This document shows, in pieces, positions 42,810-54,799 of a DNA stretch of 64,000 nucleotides. The stretch's first letter is position 1. Each line of letters opens with the position of its first letter. The DNA comes from Chrysomallon squamiferum (Eukaryota; Animalia; Mollusca). The translations under genes were made by a program, and so were the position numbers. The stretch covers positions 15,934,001 through 15,998,000 of the forward strand of contig CM022677.1 in NCBI GenBank assembly GCA_012295275.1. The letters are read 5' to 3'. The notes below the pieces were generated by a model. The model was not told the origin of the DNA, made no database searches, and was given only the letters and a program-made list of their open reading frames with translations.

Positions 42810-43150
42810 ATCAGTTATAACAATATTATTAAATTAATGTAACAGTTTATAACAATTTTATTAAATTAATGTAACAGTTTATAACAATTTTATTAAATTA
42901 TTGTAACAGATTATAAAAGTTTACTGAAAATTCATATTATAATAATTTTATTAAGTTATTGTAACACATTATAACAATTTTATTAAAATTTATATTATAA
43001 CAATTTTATGAAGTTATAATGAATTACAATACTATACACTGTTATAATTTATAACAAAGTTTGGTTTTTTTGAATTATTATATCACATTATAATAATTTG
43101 ACAGTTATAATGAATTACAATACTATTAAATTGTTATAATTGACTGAAAG
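42810..43150. repeat. Degenerate ~33-bp AT-rich minisatellite
   Basis: TTATAACAATTTTATTAAATTAATGTAACAGT units. Confidence 0.75.
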
Positions 43151-43886
43151 TTATTAAATTATTAACAGTTTTAAAAACCTCATTAAAATGCTGTTTTACA
43201 TATATATTATGAAATGGCCTTGCAAGGAAAAAAAATTATTATTCCAGTCACTGTAATATAATATCCAAATTTTTAAATAATTTCATAATTATTCTGCTAA
43301 ACTTTTTAATATAAATAAACACATTTTCCAGTCGCTCTATGATTCCCAGTCTGTTTTTATTGTCTATAACACTTCTGATTAACTAATCTTTGAAAATGAC
43401 AGACGTGCAAATAAAATTTAAAAAATGCCATTTAATCCTTAACAGTTATTCTAGACCTTACCTAGAGAATTCCATTTGTTCAAGCAAAACTGTATGTTTA
43501 TAGGAACAATTATCAACTTTCCAGCTTAAAGTTAAAAATGAATATACACCATATATTACTTACAACCTATTGTAACTGATAATAATACTTCAGTGATATC
43601 AGTTTATTTTTAACGTTTAAAGGTGAATAAGCTTACTTTTCCATCTTTAGAAATACTCTGCATGTTCGTGACTGATTGAGATTTATTTTAATGTGATTGT
43701 CATCTGGGGTTAGGTGCAAATAAAGTCAAACAGTAATTTAAAATTAACAAACAGGGTAGTTGATGATGGCTGTATCCGATATGCATTTAAATGAAGTTTA
43801 ATTATGTGGAAAATATGCGTAATTGCTTCAAGTGTGTTGGTTTTTGATTGTAATTGCAGAAACAAACAAAAAAATAATAATGATAA

Positions 43887-43917
<31 letters not shown>

Positions 43918-44309
43918 CTATATGTATATATCACATCACTGAATGTATTTTATATGTTGCTGCCAACATCCTTCAATTGTAATTCTGACTAAAGATAATT
44001 TGAAGGTCAAAAGGTATTGTTTGAATACTTAACATGGCCCTATTATAAAAATGAGTCTTTATATATTGCCCTTTACAAAATTGACCTTCTGCTAACAAGA
44101 CACTGAAGTCTAAAGATGCTTTGCCTTTTTTGATTTGTAATTGAAAAGATCTCGAGTCTAAAAGCATCTGTGTGAAAAAAATAAAATTTGATATTCAAAC
44201 GACTGAAACCAAAACGAACATTTATAGCAATTTCTACTGAAATGGGAATTTATCATGTTAAATTTTTTTTCAATTTTATTAAGCATTCTGAAACACAGTC
44301 ATCAAAATG

Positions 44310-44580
44310 TATCTGTAAACTTAGTAAATATAGTTTTGTAATTTAGTAAATGTGTTGCATATATCAGTAAAGATATTTTTTAACTTAGTAAATTTATTTT
44401 GTAATTCAGTGAATATATCCTGTAATGTGGTGAACATAATTTGCAATTTAGTATATTTATTTTGTAATTCAGTAAGTATATTTTGTAAATCAGTAAATAT
44501 ATTTTCTAACTTAGTAAATATATTTTGTAACTTAGTAAATATATTTTGTAACTTGTAAATTTATTTTTTTAACTTGTTCA
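44310..44580. repeat. 21-bp minisatellite
   Basis: AACTTAGTAAATATATTTTGT units; explains ORF 44352-44558. Confidence 0.85.
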
Positions 44581-45558
44581 ATGTGTCTATCTTTCCTCAA
44601 GTGAGAGTTAAAAAAAAAAAAAAAAAAAAAAAAAATGAATAATCACACCATGTAATGACAATATACAATCTAAAATATGTTTTAAATGGTGTAAACATTT
44701 ATATTAAAATTTTCCAAAAAAATCACCACCATGTTTTTGGAATCACCATGAATCACAAAAACAATTTGTTTTTTACTGTTTAAATATCTAATCTGAATGA
44801 TAACGTCTATATAACCAAAACTCTGCTCTCTGAAAAAAAACCAAAACAAACAAACAAAATTTGATAGAAAACTGTCATTAGAATTGTGAAAAAGGACAAA
44901 CAAAACCAAACAAAACAAACAAACAAACAAACAAACCAAATAGTAAGAAAGAAAGAAAAACATCTCTTTTTTTAAAATGAACAATGCATTCTATGATAAA
45001 CAAATTCTTAAATATTTGTTTTTTTATATATTTTTTTATGGAGAATCCTGTTTCTGTTTTATATGATTTTATCAGTAATTATAGAATTACATCTTTAAAC
45101 ACATATTTCATTTGAAATGAACAAAATATTATTCAGAAACAAAATATTATAAAAGAAAAAAAAAAAAAAAAAAAAAAAAATGAAAGAAAAGACTTTGGTG
45201 CATTTTAATTGTTTTACAATTAAAATGCACCAAATTTCTTTATCTTTTTTAATGTTCTGAATATTTTCTCAAACTGTGGCATGTATGATCAAAAAGCACA
45301 GTTTTCATAAACATTCATTTCATTTGATATTGTTATTCAATAATAAAAATATAATCTTGATTTCTAATTATTTAAAAAAATATTGTTTCTACTTCTGTAC
45401 AGTAACATATTTCTCACAAACACAGATTTCATTTCAAACTAAGAAAACATCAAGGAAAAAAAAAAAAAAAAAAAAAAAGTATTGTGTTTTGTTTAAATGA
45501 CTTCATGTACTATCTCTCATGATAACAGATTTTATTTGAAATGAACAAAACATAATGA

Positions 45559-45795
45559 AAAATAAAAATATCTAGTTTTAAAAATTATATTTTTTTATTC
45601 TTAAATAATTCCATTTATAGATCTCTTACAAACATAAATATCTTAAACAAACAAAATATTAAATAACAAAATAAAAATATCTAGTTTTAAAAATTTTTAT
45701 TTTTTCATTCTTAAATAAATCCATTTATAGATCTCTTACAAACATAAATATCATTTTAAACAAACAAAATATTAAATAACAAAAGTAAAATATCT
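45559..45795. repeat. ~108-bp direct tandem duplication
   Basis: AAAATATCTAGTTTTAAAAATT..CCATTTATAGATCTCTTACAAACATAAATATC occurs twice. Confidence 0.85.
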
Positions 45796-46938
45796 TGATT
45801 TATATGGCTTTCATTTTCAACTCTTGTAATTTTTCCACTGAAAAATATATTGCTCATCAACCCAAATATCTGTTAAAACAAACAAAACATTCACCAACAA
45901 AATTTAAATTATCATTTTAATAGTTTTTATTTTATGCTTGACATAACCACAACAAAGATTTTGTTATTTTAAATTAAAAAAAATTAAAAAACAGATTAAA
46001 AAAATAATAATAATAATAGAAAAAGATTAACATTTTTCACTTTTTTCTGTTCTGTACAAGTTCACTGTCTTTTACGAAAATTCACAACAAAACATATCAG
46101 TAAGATGAAAAACAAACACACACACACACACACATCTTTGTGACAAACAAAATATGTTATCTGAAATGAGCAAATACATTTTTCAATCAAAAATATATAA
46201 TTTATTATCTTTACACCAATTTAAAAAAAAAAAAAACAACACTATCTGCAGTCACATAAGACAAAAAAACCAGTTATTCCATTCAAAATGAACACACATC
46301 TTTCAGTCACAAATAAAAATTCATTTCATCTTTCAACACCATTTTTTTGTCTTGAGCTGTCTTTCACTGTATTTTTGAATTATTCCATCACAATTCAGAA
46401 TCATTCAAATGTTCCAAAATTAAATTCCATTTAATCTTTTTAACTGAATAAAATAGTTCTTCTCTGTGTCATTTGCCCTGACATTACTAATATTATTTCA
46501 CATTATAAATTCCATCACATTATAAATTCACTTCAATCGGAAAACATTCTATTTTTTGTTTTTTTAACAATCTGAATCCATTCTGTATTTTTAAAACAAT
46601 CTGTATCCATTCAATTCTTGTGAGATTTAAACCTATTCCATTTTCTTCTTGTTTTTAAATAAAATACTGAATCCAATTCTGTTATTGAACAATCAGAATC
46701 CACTGAAACCATTTCTTTTCTTTCTTTTTTTTATAAAAAAAATCTGAATCCGATCCAATGAAAAAACAAAAAAATTTCAAAAAATAAAAAACCAGTTCAT
46801 TCTTTTTTTTTTTTTTTTAACAAATTTAACTCCATCCCATTGTTTTTTAAAAAAACAAATCTGAATTCACTTTTATCCATTAAACCATTCACAACAATAA
46901 ATTTTTTTATTTTTTTTTTTTATAAAATTCAAGATTTT

Positions 46939-48092
46939 TTAACTGATCAAAATGTTCCGGTTTCTGTCTTGAACCGTCCCATCGGCCGCAACCGTCACAC
47001 CACAAGTCTCAGAAACACCAACGTCAACATCGCTCTCCGATCCGGTGCAGGCGTTCTCAACAACAACGTCGGACGTCGACTCATCAGCTTCCTCGGCCGC
47101 AGAGACCTCCTCCAGACCTCCCAGACAGTTGGGCGACTGGTCCACCCAGTTCTGTATCCTGTCCTTGTCCATCAGCTTCAGCCGGTGCTGCGTGGGGGGG
47201 GTCCCCGTGGGACTGTCGGTCAGCTTCGTGATGTCCATCTTGGGCCGGTCGCCGTGGTGATCGGCCATCACGGTGGAGCTGCCGTCGCCGACAGTGCGCG
47301 ACGAGTGGGTGGACATCACCTCGCTGCTGTCGAGGGTGCGGCCAGAGTGCTGGGAGAGGATTTCCGTGCCCAGCTCGTAGCTGGAGCTGTGGATGGAGTC
47401 AATGTGGGGCAGGTCTTTGACTTTCTCCGACACCACCACCTTCTTCTGAGAGTCAGAGCTATCACTGTCTGTCTCTTCATCATCTTCTTCATCATCATCT
47501 TCATCATCATCGTCATCTTCATCATCGTCGTCATCACCATTGGAATCTTTCTCATCTTCATCATCATCACAGCTACTGTCGCCATTGTTGATGATCACCG
47601 GCTTCACGGACGGCATCGTCATTTCTTTGATGTTCTCGCATGCAGCCATGACATCATTACAGTCTTCATCATCGGCTTCGTTACCGTCATCAATCTCGTC
47701 GTGCACGGCTGACGGGAACGTTGCGTTGGTCATCGTGGTGGTTGTGGTGGTGGTTGCAGTGGTTGTAGTGGTGGTTGTGGTAGCTGCTGCTGCTGCTCTG
47801 ACGCTCGTTTTCTTCTCGTCTTTGACGATCTCGATACCCTTTGCTGTCTGTCTCAGGCTCTGAGTGTGGGTAGTTCTCGCTGATTGGCTCCGATAGGACA
47901 GGAGCTGGCGAAGGAGATGGCGCTGCAGCCCGAGGGCGTGCGGGAGTGGCCCATGTGGGCGAAGAGGTTGGGGAAGGAGGACGGGGGCACACGGTGCTGG
48001 TGTTCCTCGAGGTCTTTCTTAATCGACTGCACCATCTCAGCGTACGCCTCGCGAGCTTTCTCTGTCAGGTCAAACAGCTTGCGGAAAGTGTC
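46939..48092 (-). CDS. SECISBP2L: SBP2 terminal exon (two +1 frameshifts at ~47900 and ~47833)
   Basis: DTFRKLFDLTEKAREAYAEMV..HMGHSRTPSGCSAISFASS/VLSEPISENYPHSEPETDSKGY/EIVKDEKK..poly-T..poly-D/E..NILIS*. Confidence 0.88.
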
Positions 48093-49395
48093 CTGGAAAA
48101 CACAGAAATTTTATATAATATATGTATATCTATTAAAATAATAATAATATATAGTTAAAGTATCATGATAAAATTAAAATTATATATATATTAAAATTAA
48201 AATAATATATAGCAGAAGTATCACAAAAAAAAAAATGACATATATATGAAAATAAAAATAATATATTGCAAAAGCATCTTGAAAAGATTAAAATTATATA
48301 TATGTATGAAAATAAAAATAATATATAGCAAAAGAATCATGAATAATTTAGAATTAAATATATATGAAAATAAAAATAATATATAGGGAAAGTATCATGA
48401 AAACAATTAAAAATTAAAAATTATATATATATGAAAATAAAAATCATATATAGGGAAATATCATGAAATAATTTAAAAATTAAAATTATATATATATATA
48501 AATAAAAATAATATAATTTTTTTAAAATTAAAATTATATATATAAAAAAATAAAAATAAAATAGGGAAAAATATCATGAAAACATTTAAAAAAATTATAT
48601 ATATATAAAAAAAAAAAATAAACAAAGTATCATGAAAACATTTAAAAAGAAAATTACATATATATGAAAAAAAAATAATATCCAGAAAATCCTGAAAACA
48701 TTAAAATTATATATATATATACAAAACACACAGACATGCATCATACATACATACATATTAAAATAAAAAACTGCTTAAAATCAAAAAGCCATAAAAAAAA
48801 AACAATAGAGAAAAAAATATCTATGAAAAAAAAAAAAAAAATTTATATATCTATTAAAATAAAAAAATAAAAAATCATGAAAATTTAATTATATATAAAA
48901 ATAAAAAATAAATATAGGAGAATCATAAAAAAAAAATTAAAAATGTGAAAAATAAAAATAATATATGGCAATATAATGAAAATAAAAATATACAAAAAAG
49001 TAACAAAAAATTAAATAAAATTATATAAAAATAAAAATAACATATAACAAAGAATGACAAAACAAAAAATTAAATATATGAAAAATAAAAGAACTGCCAC
49101 CCGCTGACAGGCACCAGCTTCAGAAGTTGAAGATGCCCAGGGCCCACGCCAGACAGGGACATTCTGCTCCTGACAGTAGTTGAGAATGTTGTTGAGAGCA
49201 TCATCCAGACCTCCTGAAAAAACAGTAAAATAGCAATCAGTGTGTGTGTGTGTCTGTGTGTGTGTCTGTGTGTGTGTGTTTGTGTATGTACAGTAGTAAG
49301 TAGTTGAGAATGTTGTTAAGAGCATCATCCAGACCTCCTGAAAAACAGTGAAATAGCAGTCAGTGGTGTGTGTGTGTCTGTGTGTGTATGTGTGT

Positions 49396-49428
<33 letters not shown>

Positions 49429-49515
49429 TGTGTGTGTGTGTGCCTGACAGTAGTTGAGAATGTTGTTGAGAGCATCATCCAAACCTCCTGAAAAAACAGA
49501 GTAAAATAGTAATCA

Positions 49516-49556
<41 letters not shown>

Positions 49557-49643
49557 TGACAGTAGTTCAGAATGTTGTTGAGAGCATCATCCAGACCTCC
49601 TGAAAAAACAGTCCTAGAAAAACAGTGTGAAACAGTGTGTGTG

Positions 49644-49674
<31 letters not shown>

Positions 49675-51098
49675 GTGTGTGTGTCTGTGGATGTGAGTAT
49701 GTGTGTCTTTGATTGGGTGGACAGTGTTTGTATGTGTGTTGGGTAGTGTGTGTGTGTGTGTATTTGGGTGTGTACATGCTGTGTATGTCTGTTCTTGTTG
49801 TTTTGGGGGTTAGTTTTGTATTTGTTTGTGAGTGTTTATTTGTTTTGTGTGTGTTTATAAGTGATTATTTATATCTTTGTGCCTGTTTTAAAATGTGTTT
49901 TATTTTTTTGTATCTATTATTCTTTGCTAACATCTGTTTTAACATGGTTAAAACTAAATATGAGATGTACTGACTCTTATAAGAAAAACCTTGAACCATG
50001 AAATATTTCAAACTTTTCACTTATGGATTTTGTAATACAACACAACATTCTGAAGGACAGAATCTAAGTCTAAACTGGAAATCAATTTTAGATGTCATAA
50101 ACAATTTATGTAGATACTTGACAGATAGTTTTATTTTATCTAGTTATTTATAAATGGCTGGTAAAAAAAAATAGGTTTTTTTGACTGGTCTAGTTATTTC
50201 CTGGTAAATGAGCAGCATAATTATTTACAAATGGCTTGATGAAAAAAAAACAATTATTTTAAAGTTTGATTCTGGAAGATATTTCAGAACAGTAGTTTAG
50301 AAATTCCATTGATAAGAAATAGGTAATCTAGTTATTTATAAATGGCTAGTAAAGAAATAGTTTTATGACTGGCATAATTATGTAGAAATGGCTTCATCAC
50401 TAATGCTGTTTGCAACCAAACAATGATGTTTTAAAGTTTGATTCTGGAAGATATTTCAGAACAGTTCTGTTTACCTTTCGACTGTATTTTTTCCAGATTG
50501 GGTGATATGATGACACACTTGATTTTCTTCAGTTTCAGGTGTTTGGTCACCTCCCTCAGACCAAGCACTATTCTTCTTTTTAATTTGGCCTGAAAAACAC
50601 AAAAAAAAACCCACAAATTTAAAAAAAAAAAAATGTTTTGTAATATTTCATCTATTCAAAGAGGATTAGGAACATGAGAATGACATAATCTGAAATCAGA
50701 CAAAGATCTTAACACTGTGTTACAAAACTAATCTGGCTTGACTCCTGTTTTTTCACACAAGATAGATTTAGTGGTGATACCATACTGACTTCATTGACCT
50801 GACCTGTAACACTGTGTCTGAGGTTATTAACAGTTATGTGACAGTCACAGTGACAGACAGATAGACAGACAATGACTCTTGGTAATTTAAAACTGCTCTT
50901 TGTTCTTTCTCAGTTAAAAAAATCCTTCGGTCTCATAATACTAACCACTGGTAGGTATGTACTCATGACAATGAAACTGCTCATGTGTGTGTGTGTGTGT
51001 GAGAGAGAGAGACAGAGAGGTCAAAACAGACGACCTCAGGCCCTTATAATATAGGCAATTAAAAAATATTATTATAAAATTCGATAAATAAATACATG

Positions 51099-51162
<64 letters not shown>

Positions 51163-52028
51163 ATAATATCAGGAAAGAGATAAAGGAAGAGGGACATACC
51201 AACAAAGGAATTTAAACGGTTATTTAATAAAAAATGAAATATATTTTACCAAAATTCCTACTTTGGTTTTCATCTTTAAGGAACATTCTGTCCTGAACAT
51301 TTCTAACAAGTTCCTACCAAATAAACTCAGCCTGTACAGGCATCAATTTCACACATCACAACACTTGATTGCACAGATCTTTAAAAATAAAATAAATTTA
51401 AAAACATCCAATATTGGCTGAAAAATTAGAAAATAAATTTGTCCTGGAATCTAACAAGTTCCTGTAAAAAACTGGTAGCACAGGCATCAATTTATAAACA
51501 TACAATATCTGTAAAATCAGAAATAAATTTATAAACATACAATATCTGTAAAATTAGAAATAAATTTATAAACATACAACATCTGTAAAATTAGAAATAA
51601 ATATATAAACATACAATATCTGTAAAATTAGAAATAAATTGATAAATATACAACATCTGTAAAAACAGAAATAATTTTATAAACATACAACATCTGTAAA
51701 AACAGAAATAAATTTATAAACATACAACATCTGTAAAATCAGAATTTAAAAAAAAAAATATAGATCATTTGTTTAATGGCACTCTTTAGCTATGACAATT
51801 AGCTGATGTGTTATTTTCCTTATCTAATACATGTTTACAAAAGCAAAGGATGACTAAATACGTAAGTAAATAAATAAACGTAGATTTGCTTAATTTTATG
51901 TTTCTTTAATCATCATGACTATTTGTTATCAAACGTTTGCTTGACAATTTACTGATTACTTTTTATTCTTAAGGCTGATGCTGCACAGTGAATTTAGAAA
52001 GTAATATATACCTATTTATATTTGTTGT

Positions 52029-52059
<31 letters not shown>

Positions 52060-52531
52060 TCTATATATGTATTTATGCGTGTGATTAAAGAAAGACAGAC
52101 AGACAGACAGACAACTACCAACATTTTGTCCTCTTTCTTAAGCCTATAAACTTTTATTTATTTCTTTATTTCAGTCATTTCCTTCCTTCCTTCCTTATTT
52201 ACTTATTAAAAAATAAAACACCTGTACTTACTCGCGAAATCTTCGACTGTGTATTTTCAGTAGCGCTGGGTTCACGTGCTCCTTCCCACTCGCTATCGGA
52301 CTGTTCAGCTCCGAGCTGAGGGGACTGGCTCCGGGTGACAGGGGACTCATGCTGATGGGTGAATTCTGACTGATGGGTGACAGGTCGGCGCTGGTCGACT
52401 GGCCGTTGTTCATTTCGAGCGAACTCTTAGAACTGATTCCTGTGAGAAAATAGTAGAAACAAAACTTAATGTGAAGATAATAAGTTGTTGGATAAATATA
52501 GATATATATAAAACACACACACACACACACA

Positions 52532-52568
<37 letters not shown>

Positions 52569-54142
52569 GAGAAGGAGATATATATATATTCATATATATT
52601 TGTTATATATATATATAAAAAGGCATATCTCTCTCTCTCTCTCTTCTCACAGGCAGAATCTCTAGATTCTCATCATGACCCTTGACAAACCAGCTATGGA
52701 GCACTGTTTGGATTGGTAAATAACAGAAATGTCCTAAAGAACACAAAAGCTCTGTTACATAATACATCAAGTTGAATCCATAATCTCTAAAATGCTATCC
52801 ATTCATATTTTTTTGGAGGGTTTTTTTTAAAATGTCAACTGATCCATGATAAGACAGGACAAACATAAAACCACTGGTTGGGCTTTTAAAATAATGCAAC
52901 TTTGTAGGGCAATGGGGCATACTGAGACATAAGACAATCACCAAGCCCTGTGTTGAAGAAGACAAAACATAAAACCACAAACCTATCATTCATTAGGGTT
53001 CTGTTTTTAAATATACCAGTCATGTTTCAAATATACTAGCCATGGGCTGTGGATAGGGAAATAAGACAAAATATACTAAAGAAGGTTCTGAACTTTCTGA
53101 TATACCACTTTTTAGCAGAAGCTGTAAAGTTATTATCAACCCAATGAATCCAATGTTAATGTTTAACTCTCAAACAACTAGCCATTTATAGAGGACAGAA
53201 TCTATGCCACATTGGACTTAAACTATTAGTTACATTATTTATTTATTTTCTTTTAGTGCAAATAATAAAGTAAAATGTTTTCATACTAACCATCTTGAGA
53301 GAGATCACTTTCAGCGTTCACCACTCCAACCCCAACAGATGATCTGTTTAGAGAGAGAAAACAGAAAAATGATGCAACAGATACACATATATAAACATAA
53401 CAGATTACATATATGTACACACACACACACACATATACACATCTGTTTATATATACATTTGTGCAAAGTGTTGCTGTACACAAACATTCATAGATATATA
53501 TAATAACAGAAAAAAGGATAGATTTCTTAAAAGTATTTAACTCAGTCTGCTAGAGTTACTGCCCCTTCCCCTTTCCCTAATACAGGTTTATCGAAAGCTG
53601 TGGCATGTTTTATCCTATCTGTGTTTGAAAAAAAAAAAGAAAAAAAAAGAAATCTTGCTGCTGACAAGTGACTGAGAGAAAATGTAACAAGCTGATCTCA
53701 ATGAGAGGCTGTGAAATGCCCCTGGGTTAGTCATACAGAGGGTGGGGCTGTAGCAGGGGGCTGGTGAGCAGTGGGTGTATTCTGTGTGGTGACAACAATA
53801 GGTTTCCTGTCCCATGTTATCATGAGTGAAATGTAAACTCAGAAAATGCAAAAAATTCCTAATTTTAAAAATGTGCTAAGATGTTATTTTAAGTGAAATG
53901 TTTTATATTATTAAAACATTTTTTTAAAAATCAATAAATAATAATAAATACATAAATATATAAATAAATAATTAAATAAATAATTAAAATAGTAAATAAA
54001 AATAAATAATAAACTATAAATAAATAAATAAATAATAACAAAAGTAAATAAAAATAAATAATTAACAAATTAACAAATAAATAAATAAAATTAATAAACA
54101 AACAAACAAACAACTAAATAACTAAATAACTAACAAACAAAA

Positions 54143-54177
<35 letters not shown>

Positions 54178-54763
54178 GCAAATTAATAAACAAACAAACA
54201 AACAAACAACTAAATAACTAAATAAATAACTAAATAAATAAATAAATAAGCAAATTAATAAACAAACAAAAACTAAATAAATAAATAAATAAATAACTAA
54301 AAAATAAATAAATAAGCAAATTAATAAACAAACAAACAAATAAACAATAAAAATAACTAACACTAACTAACTAACTAAATAATTATAAATAAATAAATAA
54401 ATATAGAAACACCACAAGAATGTATGGAATAGTTTTTTAAATTAATCTTCTGCAGATTATAAATCTAATACCACAACATCATGTCAGGGACATAGTTTTT
54501 GTTTTGTTAAACTTCAAACACTATAATTACAATTTTTGTCAGCCTATGTGCTTGTATCAAAGAACTTTCAAACACTAAGAAGTATTATGTTGTAATATCA
54601 AAGAACTTTCAAACACTAAGAAGTATTATAAATCAAACATACGTAGTGTTGGCTAGGTGACCTGGCAAATCTCCATCCAACAATCTCATCTTCTTCTTCT
54701 CCTCTCTCTCCTTCAGTATAACCTACAATTCAAATACCAATAGTGTGTGTGTGTGTGTCTGTA

Positions 54764-54799
<36 letters not shown>

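Noticed and set aside
47853-47905. Programmed frameshift or UGA readthrough autoregulating SBP2
   Set aside because: Two separate +1 events would be needed, there is no slippery site, and both look like merged heterozygous SNPs.
46840-48158. Several overlapping ORFs, including a 290-aa plus-strand ORF
   Set aside because: Antisense and alternative-frame shadows of the GC-rich SBP2 last exon; the true reading is split across three minus-strand ORFs by two frameshifts.
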